This document shows, piece by piece, positions 1 to 13,113 of a stretch of DNA of 64,000 nucleotides (within the stretch, counting starts at the first letter, position 1; every line of letters starts with the position of its first letter). The notes under the pieces were generated by a model. The model saw only the letters and a list, made by a program, of their open reading frames with translations, was not told the DNA's origin and searched no databases. This DNA comes from the human T2T-CHM13v2.0 reference genome, Homo sapiens. Both the position numbers and the translations under genes were made by a program. Location of the stretch: assembly GCF_009914755.1 (NCBI RefSeq), contig NC_060936.1. One strand, written 5' to 3'.

Positions 1-498
1 TGACCTAAGTTGCAATCAATTTACAAAAGTCAGTATACTACTGTCATATGTAAACAAGCAGAGAATAACGCATTCATTGAAGAATATTTATAATTAGTTT
101 TCCTCCTGTGCTCTTTATTGTACACCTCCTATCTCAACAAAGCCTCCTCCCACCAATCAAGATAAATCTAAATTGTGTTCATTTACAAACAAAATCTGAG
201 GTAGTTTGTACAATACAGTGGGTTAAGCACATGCATGGAATTTGCATTTAGATATATCTGAAACCTGCTCCTGGCTCTAGCACTTAATAATGATACTGTT
301 TTGGAATTCTGGGGCAAATTTCTTAAACGTCTTTAAGCACGACACACTTACCTTTCAACATGGTTCTTCTGAGAACTAGATGAGCTAATAACATGCAAGG
401 AGTTCTAGCATACAGCATATGGTAAGTATGCAAAAGGAGATTTTAGTTATTTGTGATAATAAAATTAATACAACAAATCCAGTGTTGAACACAACTGA

Positions 499-747
<249 letters not shown>

Positions 748-1025
748 TGATTACAGGTGTAAACCACGACACCTAGCCAACAACTGCATTTTAATAGGCC
801 TATTCATACCTGCACTTCGCAAGAGATTTATCAATCACGAGAATACCTGTGAATGCTATTCAAGTGGTTAGGTGTGTTCTTCATACGTTAGGTAATGACT
901 AAAATAATTTTACCATAATCTATAAATAGAATTGTGACTCACAATTTTAATACTCTCTTACTGAGGAAGATAAACAGACTCTCTGAGGGTCCTATTAAAT
1001 TTTATTCAGGATGATGGTCACCTAC

Positions 1026-1229
1026 CGACTCCTACTCCTTGTCCTACTCCTGCTTCTAGTCCTATGCCTGTGTCTTGATCTTGAGCGGGAACGAGACCTG
1101 ATCCGCCGTTTTCTTTCCCTGCTTCTGGATCTCGATTTCTTCCTCTCTCTGCTTCTGGATCTCGATTTCTTCCGCTCCCTACTCCTGGATCGAGACTTCT
1201 TCCGCTCCCTGCTTCTACTACGATGGCGT
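1026..1229 (-). CDS. RSRC2: RSRC2 coding exon 5 (RS-repeat region); gene continues beyond the left edge
   Basis: TTTCAG acceptor at 1231-1230 and GTAGGT donor at 1025; encodes RHRSRSRERKKSRSRSRE...RTRSRSR; phase matches the previous exon. Confidence 0.93.
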
Positions 1230-2069
1230 CTGAAATTAAAGTGCACAAATTTGTAATTACTTAAAAGTTGTGTTGTTTCATTTATACACATCATGAATTA
1301 GTTACTTGTAGTAACGCAATAAAGACAAGCAAGTAACTGCACTATATTATTTACAGAAATAAGCGAGATTTTCAAAGGAAATACTAACTGAAAATGAACC
1401 CTTCATTTTGTTTGATAATTTGTCCTAGAACATAGTAAACCTATTAACATGTCAAAAGCGTTCAATGCATCCTACCCAAATTTAAGCTTCCGTTTAATAC
1501 TCTTCCCACAGTAGTTACAAATCTTAATACTTTAGTTTATCTACTAAAAATTTTTGAGTCTGATACCACACACAACCCACAGAATTCTCCAAAAAAAACC
1601 CCACCAAAAACCATTCACAAATTTGAGCTGTGATCCAGTTTCTCAAAAATCTTTTTATCTATACTCCAACATTAAAAAAAATCTAGATTGCAGTTTAGCA
1701 GCAAACACCAACATCACCATCGATGATGCAAAAGGACTGTTTATCAGCTTAAACCACACAGTTTAACAATATGATTTTTTCAGTGCCAGACAGATTAAGT
1801 GGTTAAAAATCTCAGCTGGGCAGAGTGACTCACTCCTGAAATCCCAGCACTTCAGGAGGCCAAGGCCGTCACACTGCTTGAGCCCAGGGATTCGTGAATA
1901 GCCTGCACAACATGGCCAAAACCCGTCTCTACAAAAAAATACTAAGAGATTAGCTGGGTGTGGTGGCGCATGTCTGTGGTCTCAGCTGCTTGGGAGGCTT
2001 GAGGTCAGATCACTTGAGCCCTGGAGGACAAGAGGCTGCAGTGTGCTGAGAGCACACCACTGCACTCTA

Positions 2070-2435
<366 letters not shown>

Positions 2436-2638
2436 TCATCCCTTACACCCCATTCTTGGAAACCATTTTTGCATGATGAGAAAGCAAAGCCCAAAGGCAA
2501 AAAACAAACAAAACCACAAACCCAAACAAATGAACAAGAAAAACTCCCTAATTATGATTTTTTTGGGTGTTGCTGGGTCAATGAGAAACTTTATGTAACT
2601 TGTTAGAAGGTACTACATTATAATACAACATGACTTAC

Positions 2639-2829
2639 CTTTCACGAGACCTAGATCTTGAGTGACTTCTGCCTCTTGATGACTTTCTTTCTTTGCGTTT
2701 GTGCCTGTCCTCACCATTTTCAGATGAATTTAGTCGCTCTCTTCCTTTATCAGAAGAATGTTCTTTGTCATTATGTTCCTCAGACTTATGTTTCTTAGAG
2801 GATTTATCTTTGGATTCATGTCTTCTTCC
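2639..2829 (-). CDS. RSRC2: RSRC2 coding exon 4
   Basis: ACAG/GGAAGA acceptor and AG/GTAAGT donor; encodes GRRHESKDKSSKKHKSEEHNDKEHSSDKGRERLNSSENGEDRHKRKERKSSRGRSHSRSRSRE. Confidence 0.94.
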
Positions 2830-4303
2830 CTGTTTTAAGAAGAAGTTGGTTCTTTCAGGAAAATAGTGCAACAAAGAGAGTTAGTATGGGTATCAGTAGA
2901 CAAAAATGTTGTGATGCAACATTAGTAACCTTAGGAGTGTGTGGCAAATAAAAAAAAGATCTAGTTTCACATCACCCAAATGTTGCAGATGTAATTACTA
3001 TTTTTTTTACTATAAACACCCAAAATGTAGTTCCTCCCCAAAATATTTTCAATACAACAGAAACAATGATTTTTAAAGTTGAAATATTGAAAAGCCATTA
3101 TGCCAGACAAAAGAGGAATCCCTTATGTTTATCTAAAAGAATACAGACCATGTATATACATCAACTTCTAAATCCAGATTACATAATGTTAAGTTTAAGT
3201 AAGTAATGGAGATAATGACACAAAAAGTGCACCAGAAACGCATTTCAATTAGGTAGCTAAATATAATTATTACTAAGTACTAATATTTTCTATAATTTCA
3301 AATTATTTTACACAGAGATGCAGTGTCCCTTTTACAGTTATACTGCCTGCTACATCCTCTAAAAGACAGCTCTTGATTTTCCTCCCAATGTCTAAACTGT
3401 GAAGCAATCACTTTTCATCTTGCAGTATCCCAATAGGCTTAGAGGAGTATTACACTTCATGTACCTAGGGTAGAAATGGCAACTGTATGTTTCAATTTTA
3501 AAGAAACCAAACTAGGTATAACAATCCACATGCCATCACACAATACATACTGCCCCCACACTTTAAAAAGACCAAGGCCTTCACATGTGCATTCAGAGAC
3601 TCAGCTCAAATTAACTGCATGATCAAGTCTCATCCTACCAAATACCAAAGTAGAAGTGCTACATACTACAGTTCCCTACAGGAAGATCTGTCAAATTCAT
3701 CTTGTAGTGAAAGTTTAAAATCCTAGACATCTCTGAATCACTAAATTTTAATTCTGGAAGGAAACTAAGATCCTCTAACTTAATCCCCTTATTTTATGTA
3801 TAACTAAGATCTAAAGTTACAAAGCTACATGGGTGAGCTGAACCTTCCCCATGTTTTTCTGATGCCCACGCTACCACTTTTCCACTGTAATAAGACACTA
3901 CTGTCTCCCAAAAGGCCATAGCATGTTTCTTTCCACTCACGATTAATGTTTCTTAAAAATAAAACTTGGCCAATCATTTTGGAACATGCATGATGATTTA
4001 TCTGAAAATGATCATAGTACATAATTTATTATTTGCAGAAAAATAAGAGACCTGGAGACACAATTAAATTTTAGTTTCATTGCCAGTTCTCTATAGGAGC
4101 TTAGAAAAGAAATTTTCCTTGGTTTTGCTATAACGAGGCAGACTGGAAAAGTCTTAAGTGGTTAAACTTCTAAAGGTTTTAAAGTTTATTTCAAACCAGT
4201 TTTTCAAACATAACATTACTATTAATTTAAAAAAAACATTAAAACCCTTAACTGATTTAAGATATATTTAAGGGAAATAGGAGTTTGAATGACTAATAGT
4301 TAC

Positions 4304-4418
4304 CTTATCATGAAGTAGGCTTATTATTTTGCTATCTGAGTCTGCAGCGTCTTCAGTTCAGTCTCTTCGCGCATAAGCACGCTGAGTATGATTTATTATA
4401 GAAATGTTATCATGTGAG
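4304..4418 (-). other. RSRC2: Candidate RSRC2 poison cassette exon (115 nt, in-frame TGA at codon 3)
   Basis: TATTTTGTTTAG/CTCACATGA acceptor and AAG/GTAACT donor; lies between phase-0 exons 3 and 4. Confidence 0.7.
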
Positions 4419-5184
4419 CTAAACAAAATAGTCATTTTCACAAAAACTCTCCTAAATTAAAAATTTAACAGAGCTTCCATTACGGGAAGAGGTGAAGTCC
4501 CTGCCCACTCTTGTTTTAGGAGTCCCTTACCCAGCCCCCACAAGACTCTTCTCCCTTTCTGGCTACTACTTCTACACTTCCTTATTGGCTCATTCTTTGT
4601 CTTCTCAGGTGGGTGAACAAGTAACTCCTTTGCAATACAGCTGCTGCCTTTCTTTTTCCTCAAGTTTTGGTGTCACCGCCACCTTTTCAGCTGTCCCTCA
4701 CTCAAACCTTTATTTCAAAATTCAATACTACTATTAGGGAAACTGAACTAGTTTGCAAAAGAAAAGAGAACTCCTGTTATCGTTCATAAGGAAAAAGCAG
4801 CGCACAGATATCTAGGGTATTGCTATGTAAAGATGATTGCTGTTTAAAAATCCTGAGCAACTGTCAGGCACCAGGAGACTCGGGACCTCAGATTAATGGA
4901 AGCTCTGTGTGACAGGCCTAAAAAAACCAATCATATTCTTCATATGAAATTTTTATTGTGAATATTTTCACAATATAATAAAATTAAAGTTTTGAAGGTA
5001 CTTTTCACATAAACATCTTCTTCAAAAATGATGAATCAAAATCATGCTTATTTTATAACCCAATAAACCTTTTAAATTTCAAGTTTTGTACTTACCTTGA
5101 CAACGTCTTATATTCATACAAATCTTTCTACCAGACACTTTATAAGTATTTTAAAGTACCTATTCACTACAAAGTGTTAATTAC

Positions 5185-5228
5185 CTCTTTGCTTCTGCTC
5201 CGGCTCCTGTGTTTTCTTCCTTCATTAT
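5185..5228 (-). CDS. RSRC2: RSRC2 coding exon 3 (44 nt)
   Basis: TTCACAG/ATAATG acceptor and GAG/GTAATT donor; encodes (D)[14 protein letters not shown]. Confidence 0.92.
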
Positions 5229-5942
5229 CTGTGAATACACAAAAAAAATAATCACCATAAACAAAGTTGGAGAAACATTTCATCTTAAAAAACTCTTAAT
5301 GCTGGAGAAAAATGACTCCCATTAGTCTTCTTCCAATGACTAATTTTTTCATGGCACGGGTGGGATTATTCTACATTAATACAACACACATGTGAAACAA
5401 ATCAAGCAATCTGAGCAAACCAGGACATAAAGCAGCCTAGATACATCTTTTAAACGGTCATAGACTTTCAGTATTTTACATATATTCTGACCAGCCCATC
5501 TAGTTTCCTAGTCTACAGCAAATTCATAAGGGGGTTTAATAGAGAGAGGTAAGCCATTAAGAAAAATAAAAACTAAAGAAAATAAACAGGTTGAATTATA
5601 TTTGATATGTTCCAACATGGTGAAACCCAGTCTCTACTAAAAATACAAAAATAAGCTAGGTGTGGTGGCGCACGCCTATAATCCCAGCTACTCAGGAGGC
5701 TGAGGCAGAAGAACTGCCTGAACCCAGCAGATGGAGGTTGCATTGGGCTGAGAGTGTGTCAATTTTTGTATTTTTGGTCCTGGCTCAGGTGATCTGCCTG
5801 CCTTGGCCTCCCAAAGTGCTGGCATTACAGGCTTGAGCCACCATGCCCAGCCAACAAACTAAATGTATGTGTCTTCTTATACAACAGGTCTACATATCTT
5901 ATACAAATGCTGAGAGTTGTAACCACCTTTAAGAATTCATAC

Positions 5943-6099
5943 CTGACTTTCGTTTTCTTTCTCTTGACCTTGATCGTGATCTTGAATAATGATGTTTTGA
6001 AGCTCTAGGAGAAACAGATACTTCTGACTGCTCTTTTTTCTTATCTCTATCTGGTGATGTCTTTTCTGGGGCTAGTCCATCTCGCTCTGTATCACTAGC
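5943..6099 (-). CDS. RSRC2: RSRC2 coding exon 2
   Basis: TTTTAG/GCTAGT acceptor and CAG/GTATGA donor; encodes ASDTERDGLAPEKTSPDRDKKKEQSEVSVSPRASKHHYSRSRSRSRERKRKS. Confidence 0.94.
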
Positions 6100-6598
6100 C
6101 TAAAAGTTTAAAAACAAATGATTAAAGTTCTTAATTACATTTTAAATGTTTTCAATTTCTTAAAAGAGGGACAAAGGGAGGGAAGATAGCCCCCCACAAT
6201 CAATAAATCAGAATGCCTGCTTTCCAAGTAACTAAATGTGCTTTGTACACTAATAAGGCTGAATGGCTTGAAATGACGAACCTGATACTAAAGCAAGACC
6301 TACATATTTAGACTGATGTATCTTTAATTTTCTAACGATGATTTGTATAACTTTTAAAACATGGGGTGGGGTGGGGGAGGAATAAGGGCTCCAAGTAGTT
6401 CTAATAAGCATTCAAGCAGAGAAAATAGTCCTTTTTAGATGTGTGAATGCATTTAGCTGACTTTACCAATACTTTTAAATTAGCATACATGTCAAACATC
6501 AAAAATGAGTTGTTAAAGCTTAAAGATACTCAAGACGATAAAATCTTAAAACAATGCCCTAAGAATATTATAAAATAATAAACAGAAAATTAACTTAC

Positions 6599-6706
6599 CT
6601 AAGTGAGAACCTCATCTTAATGTCATTAACCCTCTTTAATGAAAACAGCCCCTTGGCACAGTGCTGCTGCAAAATATGGTCTGCCTCTCCTCACATGTGC
6701 TCTGGG
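6599..6706 (-). other. RSRC2: Candidate stop-containing cassette exon in RSRC2 intron 1 (108 nt)
   Basis: TGTTTTCATAG/CCCAGA acceptor and TAG/GTAAGT donor; in-frame TAA at codon 27. Confidence 0.45.
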
Positions 6707-6875
6707 CTATGAAAACATTAAGTTGTTTCTGCTTTAAAGCATTTTATAAGTAATTATTACAATATAAATTTTACAAGTTTCAACTAATGCAGAAGGTAGA
6801 CAATGCTCGGCTATCTGACCAGAGAAGATAACATGAAAATAAAATAATTGATACACCTGGGGAATTGATTACTTA

Positions 6876-7380
6876 GGAAGGGTTGGCAAGCTATGGTCCT
6901 CATTCTGTTTCTGTATGGCCTTGAGCTAGGAATGGTTTTTTACGTTTTTTAAAACTATTTTAGGCATATTTAATAAATAACTTCAGTAAATAGCACTGTA
7001 AAGACTGAACTGTTAAAACTAAAGGCACTTAAAACGCCAGTGTTGTGGCTCATGCCTGTAATCCTAGCACTTTGGGAGGTTGAGGCAGGCGGATAACCTG
7101 AGGTCAGGAGTTTGAGACCAGCCTAGCCAACATGGTAAAACCCTGCTTCTACTAAAAACACAAAAATTAGCCAAGAGTGGTGGGGCGTGCCTGTAATCCC
7201 AGCAACTCAGGAGGTTGAGACAGGAGAATGGCTTGAACCCATGAGGCAGACGTTGAAGTGAGCTAAGATTGCGCCACTGCCCCTCCAGCCTGGGAAAGAA
7301 TGTGACAGAGACTGCACATGGCCCACAAAGCCAAAAATATTTACCGTCTGGCCCTTTACAGAAACAGTTTATGGACTTTT
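6876..7380. mobile_element. MER58-like hAT transposon interrupted by an Alu (about 7037-7300)
   Basis: AGGGTTGGCAAGCTATGG start; GGCCCACAAAGCCAAAAATATTTACCGTCTGGCCCTTTACAGAAA end. Confidence 0.7.
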
Positions 7381-7497
7381 CACGTATAACATCAAACGGA
7401 ATCTGGATTGAATAAATAGGGAATCGATAGTCTTCAGCAGGAGGAATCACATTAGAGAACTTCCTCCTTTAGGAAAGTTAGTCCAGAAAATGAATAC

Positions 7498-7591
7498 CAA
7501 ATATCAAGTACAATAAATGGGGGTATTGTATTTTAACAAATTTTAAACAAGTATCAAGTACAATAAATGGGTGTATTGTACTTTAATAAAT
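7498..7591 (+). repeat. 50-bp-period tandem duplication
   Basis: TATCAAGTACAATAAATGGG.GTATTGTA.TTTAA.AAAT occurs twice. Confidence 0.9.
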
Positions 7592-8833
7592 GAAGTTGTG
7601 AGAGGTCGAGTTACTTCAACAAGTATTTACTAAGGGTCAAAAATGTGCCAAAACCAATGCTAGACTTAGGGAATAAAATGATAAATTAAAAACAGAAAGG
7701 TTTTGCAGTTCAATTATGAGATGAAAGACATAAATTACGTGTTATTCCTCTAACAATGGCACAAAAAGAACAGTAAGAAATTAACTACCAGGGAGGCTCT
7801 CATGCCAGCATATTGTATATGTACTTATTTCTCCAGTCTGGGTGACTTCTGGAACCATAAAATTTTTATGCTGAAAGGTTTTCACCCCTTAGAATAGAGT
7901 TCAACTTTCTCGTTTCACAGATGAGATCCAGCAACATTAGCTGACTTGCTTAAAATGATACTGCATCTCCGTATCTTTACTGTTTACTACTAATAAATAA
8001 TGCTGTATCATTAAGGATGATTCTGATTTTTCACAATGAATTCTGGACACTTTTTTTTTTCATCGTTATCCTTGAGGACTATTTCAGACTCATTTATTAC
8101 TTGCTGAGTGTTTGTACAGCTTACACTTGGTAAACAGAAGTGATCTCGAAAATTTTAAGCACCGCTATTACTTCTCTCAGTTGCACGACACTTTTGCCAG
8201 AGACAGAATTCCTTAACTAGTGGCAAATCCCATTTACTTTTGCAGAGAACAAGACTAGAATCGAAAACAACCTTCTCATGGAAAATCTAGTGCTTAGCCT
8301 AGGCAGTTTTCAGGCAATGGTTTATCTAACTTTAACTTCATGCTTAACATCACAAAGCTGGACAACAGAGAAACCTCCCTGTGACATAGGCTAACTTAAA
8401 CTTACATCATCAACCATTTTCATCTGTAAAATATACTACAGAGCAACAACAAAAACCATCTTAACACTAAACAAATAGGAATGATAGGTGGTCATTGAGG
8501 CCATGGAAAACTTTTATTTCCCTGAGGATATTTTATAGTAGCATAATACAGGTATCCAGGAAAAAAACCTACCAAAAACTGAGTATTAAAATTGCTCTGA
8601 AATTTTCTAAGCTTTAATTTAGTACTAATCTATGTGTACACATAAACGTTAACTGCAAAACAGCCTTCTATTCCAGCAGTGGCTCTACGAGGTAGCCACT
8701 TTGGTTTCTTATAATTTACATTTTGTTGCAAACTCTAATAACGGCTCGAAACATAGACAAATCTTTTTCCACTGCGAAGGAGGTAAGCACTGGATTGAAT
8801 ACTAGGTCACTTCTCTAGGGGACTGTCTTTTTA

Positions 8834-9293
<460 letters not shown>

Positions 9294-10318
9294 CTAAATA
9301 ATAGAGGGGTATGGGGGAAAAAGAAAATCATCTGCCTAATCCCAGGCATTCCAATCGTTAGGAAGAGCAAACTTTAAAACTATCACTATGTTTAAGAGTC
9401 ATAATTATTATCGAAAATGATGTAATTTTTTAGTCAGTAAAAAGGAATGCAAAATCTTTACATTTTCCTTTTAACGGAATAAAAATGAGGTAAGCACAAA
9501 ATAATGTGGATCCGTCAGAATTGGGTATCTTATACACACGCAGGCTTATTGTTCAGAATAGATAATTTACGAACTGTAGCTCCTCTGGGGTCAACGAAGG
9601 GTTTAAATTTAAAGGAACAAGGTCAGTGACAAGACTTAACTGTAACGCTTCTCGGACTTCAAATTGATTACATCACGGGCCACTTCGGAAACCGCGCATC
9701 AGTCAGAATTGGTAGTTCCACAACCTTTTAAGTTGAATTTTCACTCCCTTTCAGCAATACCTTCCTAGCTCGTTAATACACAATAATAAGGTTTACACGG
9801 ACGAACACTAATTGAAATTATGCAACTAGAAGCATCTCATTGAGCGTACAAAAAAAAAAATAGCTACAAGTCGCTCTCTTCTCCCACACTACCCTTTACA
9901 GACACTGCCTTTTTGACCCAATACTTTTCAGAGACCACTCCTGATCGTCTTTCTCTTCCCCAGCCCCTTTCTCCACCGCAAATTCTCAGGCCCTAAAAAA
10001 AACTTAGAATAAATCACTAGCCAGGGTGAATAAGCGAAAATGGAGGAAGTTCAGTGAGGCGAAAGGAACGTAGGGTTGGGGAAGAGAGGAGGAAAGTTCT
10101 GGAAAAAAAAAGGCACTCCCTGCGGCTCCCCACCCCCACCAACACCGCCTTACTTCCCCCTCCCTACAGCAGGCAGCCATGATGGCGGGCGCAGAAGAAG
10201 GCCGCGGCGCCATTTTGTCTACACACATACACACGAACAAGGTTCTGGGAGCCGTTCACCCACTGTTGGAACGTAGCAGAAAAATATCCCTGGCTTTAAA
10301 CTCAGATTCGGTACCTAC

Positions 10319-10324
10319 CGCCAT
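10319..10324 (-). CDS. RSRC2: RSRC2 start: ATG GCG at the end of exon 1
   Basis: ACTATGGCG/GTAGGT; joined to exon 2 gives MAASDTERDG, the RSRC2 N-terminus as I recognise it. Confidence 0.9.
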
Positions 10325-10714
10325 AGTTCAGAGTCCCGGCCGCTAGAGCGGCGCCTCCACTTGTCGCTTTCAACAGTACCGGCCGCTCCGAAGCTTCGCC
10401 TCAGACTAAATCGCTCGCGCGAGAGACCCGGATGGCACAAAGGCGAGGAGGCCCGGCGCGTCGCACAGCTTGCTGGGAGAAAAAGGGGCGGTAACAAAAG
10501 TTTCTATAACAACGCAATTCGAGGCGGTGATTGGGTGTTCTTTCATAGGGGAGTGTAAAGACCGTGAAGAGGGCGGGGCCAAGAATACACCCCCGGAATG
10601 CGCAGTCGGGAGAACGGAATGGGCGGAACTCAGGGTGGGGCAACTTCCTATTTCGAGTCTAAAGTAATCTTGGTCTCTTCCGGCCGCCGTAAAGGGGTTG
10701 GGTTTAGTGTTCTC

Positions 10715-10822
10715 CCGCCAATTTAAGCCTGTGGCATGGAACCTAAAGACTAGAGGCGGTTGTGTGAGTCAGGAAGAGGGGCCAGATATCTGAGTGTTCC
10801 TCTTTAGTTTCTTCAATTGCAG
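10715..10822 (+). other. KNTC1: KNTC1 non-coding exon 1 (5' boundary approximate)
   Basis: Strong donor CAG/GTGAGG at 10822/10823 just downstream of the promoter motifs; TSS inferred, not seen. Confidence 0.6.
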
Positions 10823-11199
10823 GTGAGGACGGGGAGCTGCGCTGTGTAGGGAACTGGGGGTGGGTTCAGGACGAAGTAGCTGCAGCCTCTGCTCAGTTCC
10901 TGTTGTTTTCCCCTTGACGCTGGCAGGAGAGAGGTTGGAGTCGGTTTTTGCTGGCGGCGATGTCCAGCGGAGAGCGTTTAAGTATGGAGGCCTAACTGAC
11001 AAGTGTTTCATCTTGCTCATTCTCTCGTATTCGCGAATCTGTTCTGCATTCCGCCGCCAGAGTGATCTCAAAATTATAAAATCAGACCACTCGTTTGCTG
11101 AGTTCCCCTTCTACCCCTTGTACTGAGAATAAAATTCAATCTTGAGGTCGAGGTTTTATTGGACTCCACTGCTCTCTCCCTCACTGTCTTCTGCTTTTG

Positions 11200-11630
11200 C
11201 TTTGACCCGGCAGCAGCATCAAACGCTTCCTACCCAGCCTCCGAGTCTTTGCACTCTGTTCCCTCTGCCTACGTCGCGTTCCGCCTAAGTTTTGCGTACT
11301 TCTTGTTATTCAGGTCTCAGCTCAGATGTCACCTCCTTCCCTTCCCAAACAAATCCTTCTTCAGCGACGCCTCACCTTATCCATTTAATCACTGTTTCCT
11401 TCAAATCATTTAGCACTTTTTGTAATTATTTGTGCAGTTGCTTTTTTGTGGAGGTAGCATAACAAGATACGTATTAACAATTTTATTTTTGTCCGTTTTT
11501 CCCGCAAAAACATAAACTTCATAATGGCAAAGACATTTTGTGTTCTGTTCAAGCTATATTCCCAGTTCCTAGAAAGGTGTCTGGCACATAGTAAATAGGT
11601 ATTCAATAAACATTTGTTGAATAAGTAAAT
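11200..11630 (+). mobile_element. L2 3' remnant
   Basis: CAGGTCTCAGCTCAGATGTCACCTCC...CTGGCACATAGTAAATAGGTATTCAATAAACATTTGTTGAAT. Confidence 0.65.
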
Positions 11631-12069
11631 ATGGCAGTTACGGGCGGTTTCTCTATTTCACAGATGTGGGAAATTGAGACCCATAAAGGTATTCATTCCA
11701 ACCTGTCCCTCCTTCTTCATCTCCTCACTCCCACCCAAACACCAGCCACTGAAACTTCTCTATTCTCCAAACATGTTTTGTTTCTGTTCCCTTGCTTATG
11801 CTCTTAGGAAGAACTCTTTAAACATTTATAAAACTATGATCTTCAATTCTCAGCCCAATAACAAATTAGCTAACACCTAAAATTGAATGTTTGCCATCAA
11901 CCAAGCATTGTTCTGTGAACATTTAAAACTCAAAACATTTGGAGGCTGAAGCAGAAGGATTGCTTGAGCCCAGGAGATCAAGGCCAGCCAGGGCAAAATA
12001 GTGAGACCCTCGTCTCTCAAAAAACCAGAAGTGAAAAATAGAAAACTCCTTCAGGTGGGTACAACTAAA

Positions 12070-12492
<423 letters not shown>

Positions 12493-13113
12493 TAGTAGAG
12501 AGGGGGTTTCGTCATGTTGGCCAGGCTGGTCTCAAACTCCTGACCTCAGATAATCCACCTGCCTAAGCCTCCCAAAGTTCTGGGATTACAGGTGTGAGCC
12601 ACCGCGCCGGCCTGGTCTGTATATTCCTATTTTATAAATTAGAGAATTGAGGAACAGAAAGATTAAGTGATCACCCAAGGACAGCTGCCTAGTCATTGTG
12701 AAAGAGCACCAAGTCAGAAATTGTTTCTACCTTGTGCTATACCTTTTATAGATATTGAAACATACTTCTAGTAGCACTTATGAAACCAATTGTAATTATT
12801 TGATTATCATTCCCTACCAGTCTTGATCCAAGGATTGTTTTTATCCTTAGTGTTCTTTTCCCACCCAGACTCCAGGTAATATGGTTTATGTAAACCTTTG
12901 CTTTTTGAGATGGGTAAACCTCATAAGGTTTCAAGCTTAGTCTTTGATCCAGAAACCTAATTCATTTTTTTCTCCTCCCCTTATCATTTTTATTTGTTGT
13001 ATAATAATACTATGATAGCATCAATGGACTTTTTCTGAACTTCATCTGGAATCTTATCATCCTATGATATCCCTGACAATCTGGCATCTAAACCTACACT
13101 GTTTGCTGCTATT

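Larger units (their letters stand above)
10080..11050. promoter_or_regulatory. CpG-island bidirectional promoter of RSRC2 (-) and KNTC1 (+)
   Basis: CpG-dense; GC box GGGCGGGG at about 10571; CCAAT boxes at about 10530 (reverse) and 10718; ETS-like CCGGAA at about 10593 and 10678; E2F-like TTCTCCCGCC at 10710; YY1-like CGCCATTTTG at about 10208. Confidence 0.85.

Noticed and set aside
1011-1256. Leu-rich plus-strand ORF (LLLLVLLLLL...)
   Set aside because: Antisense reading of the RSRC2 RS-repeat exon
10004-11126. Several overlapping ORFs in the promoter
   Set aside because: Expected from stop-poor GC-rich CpG-island sequence; no recognisable protein
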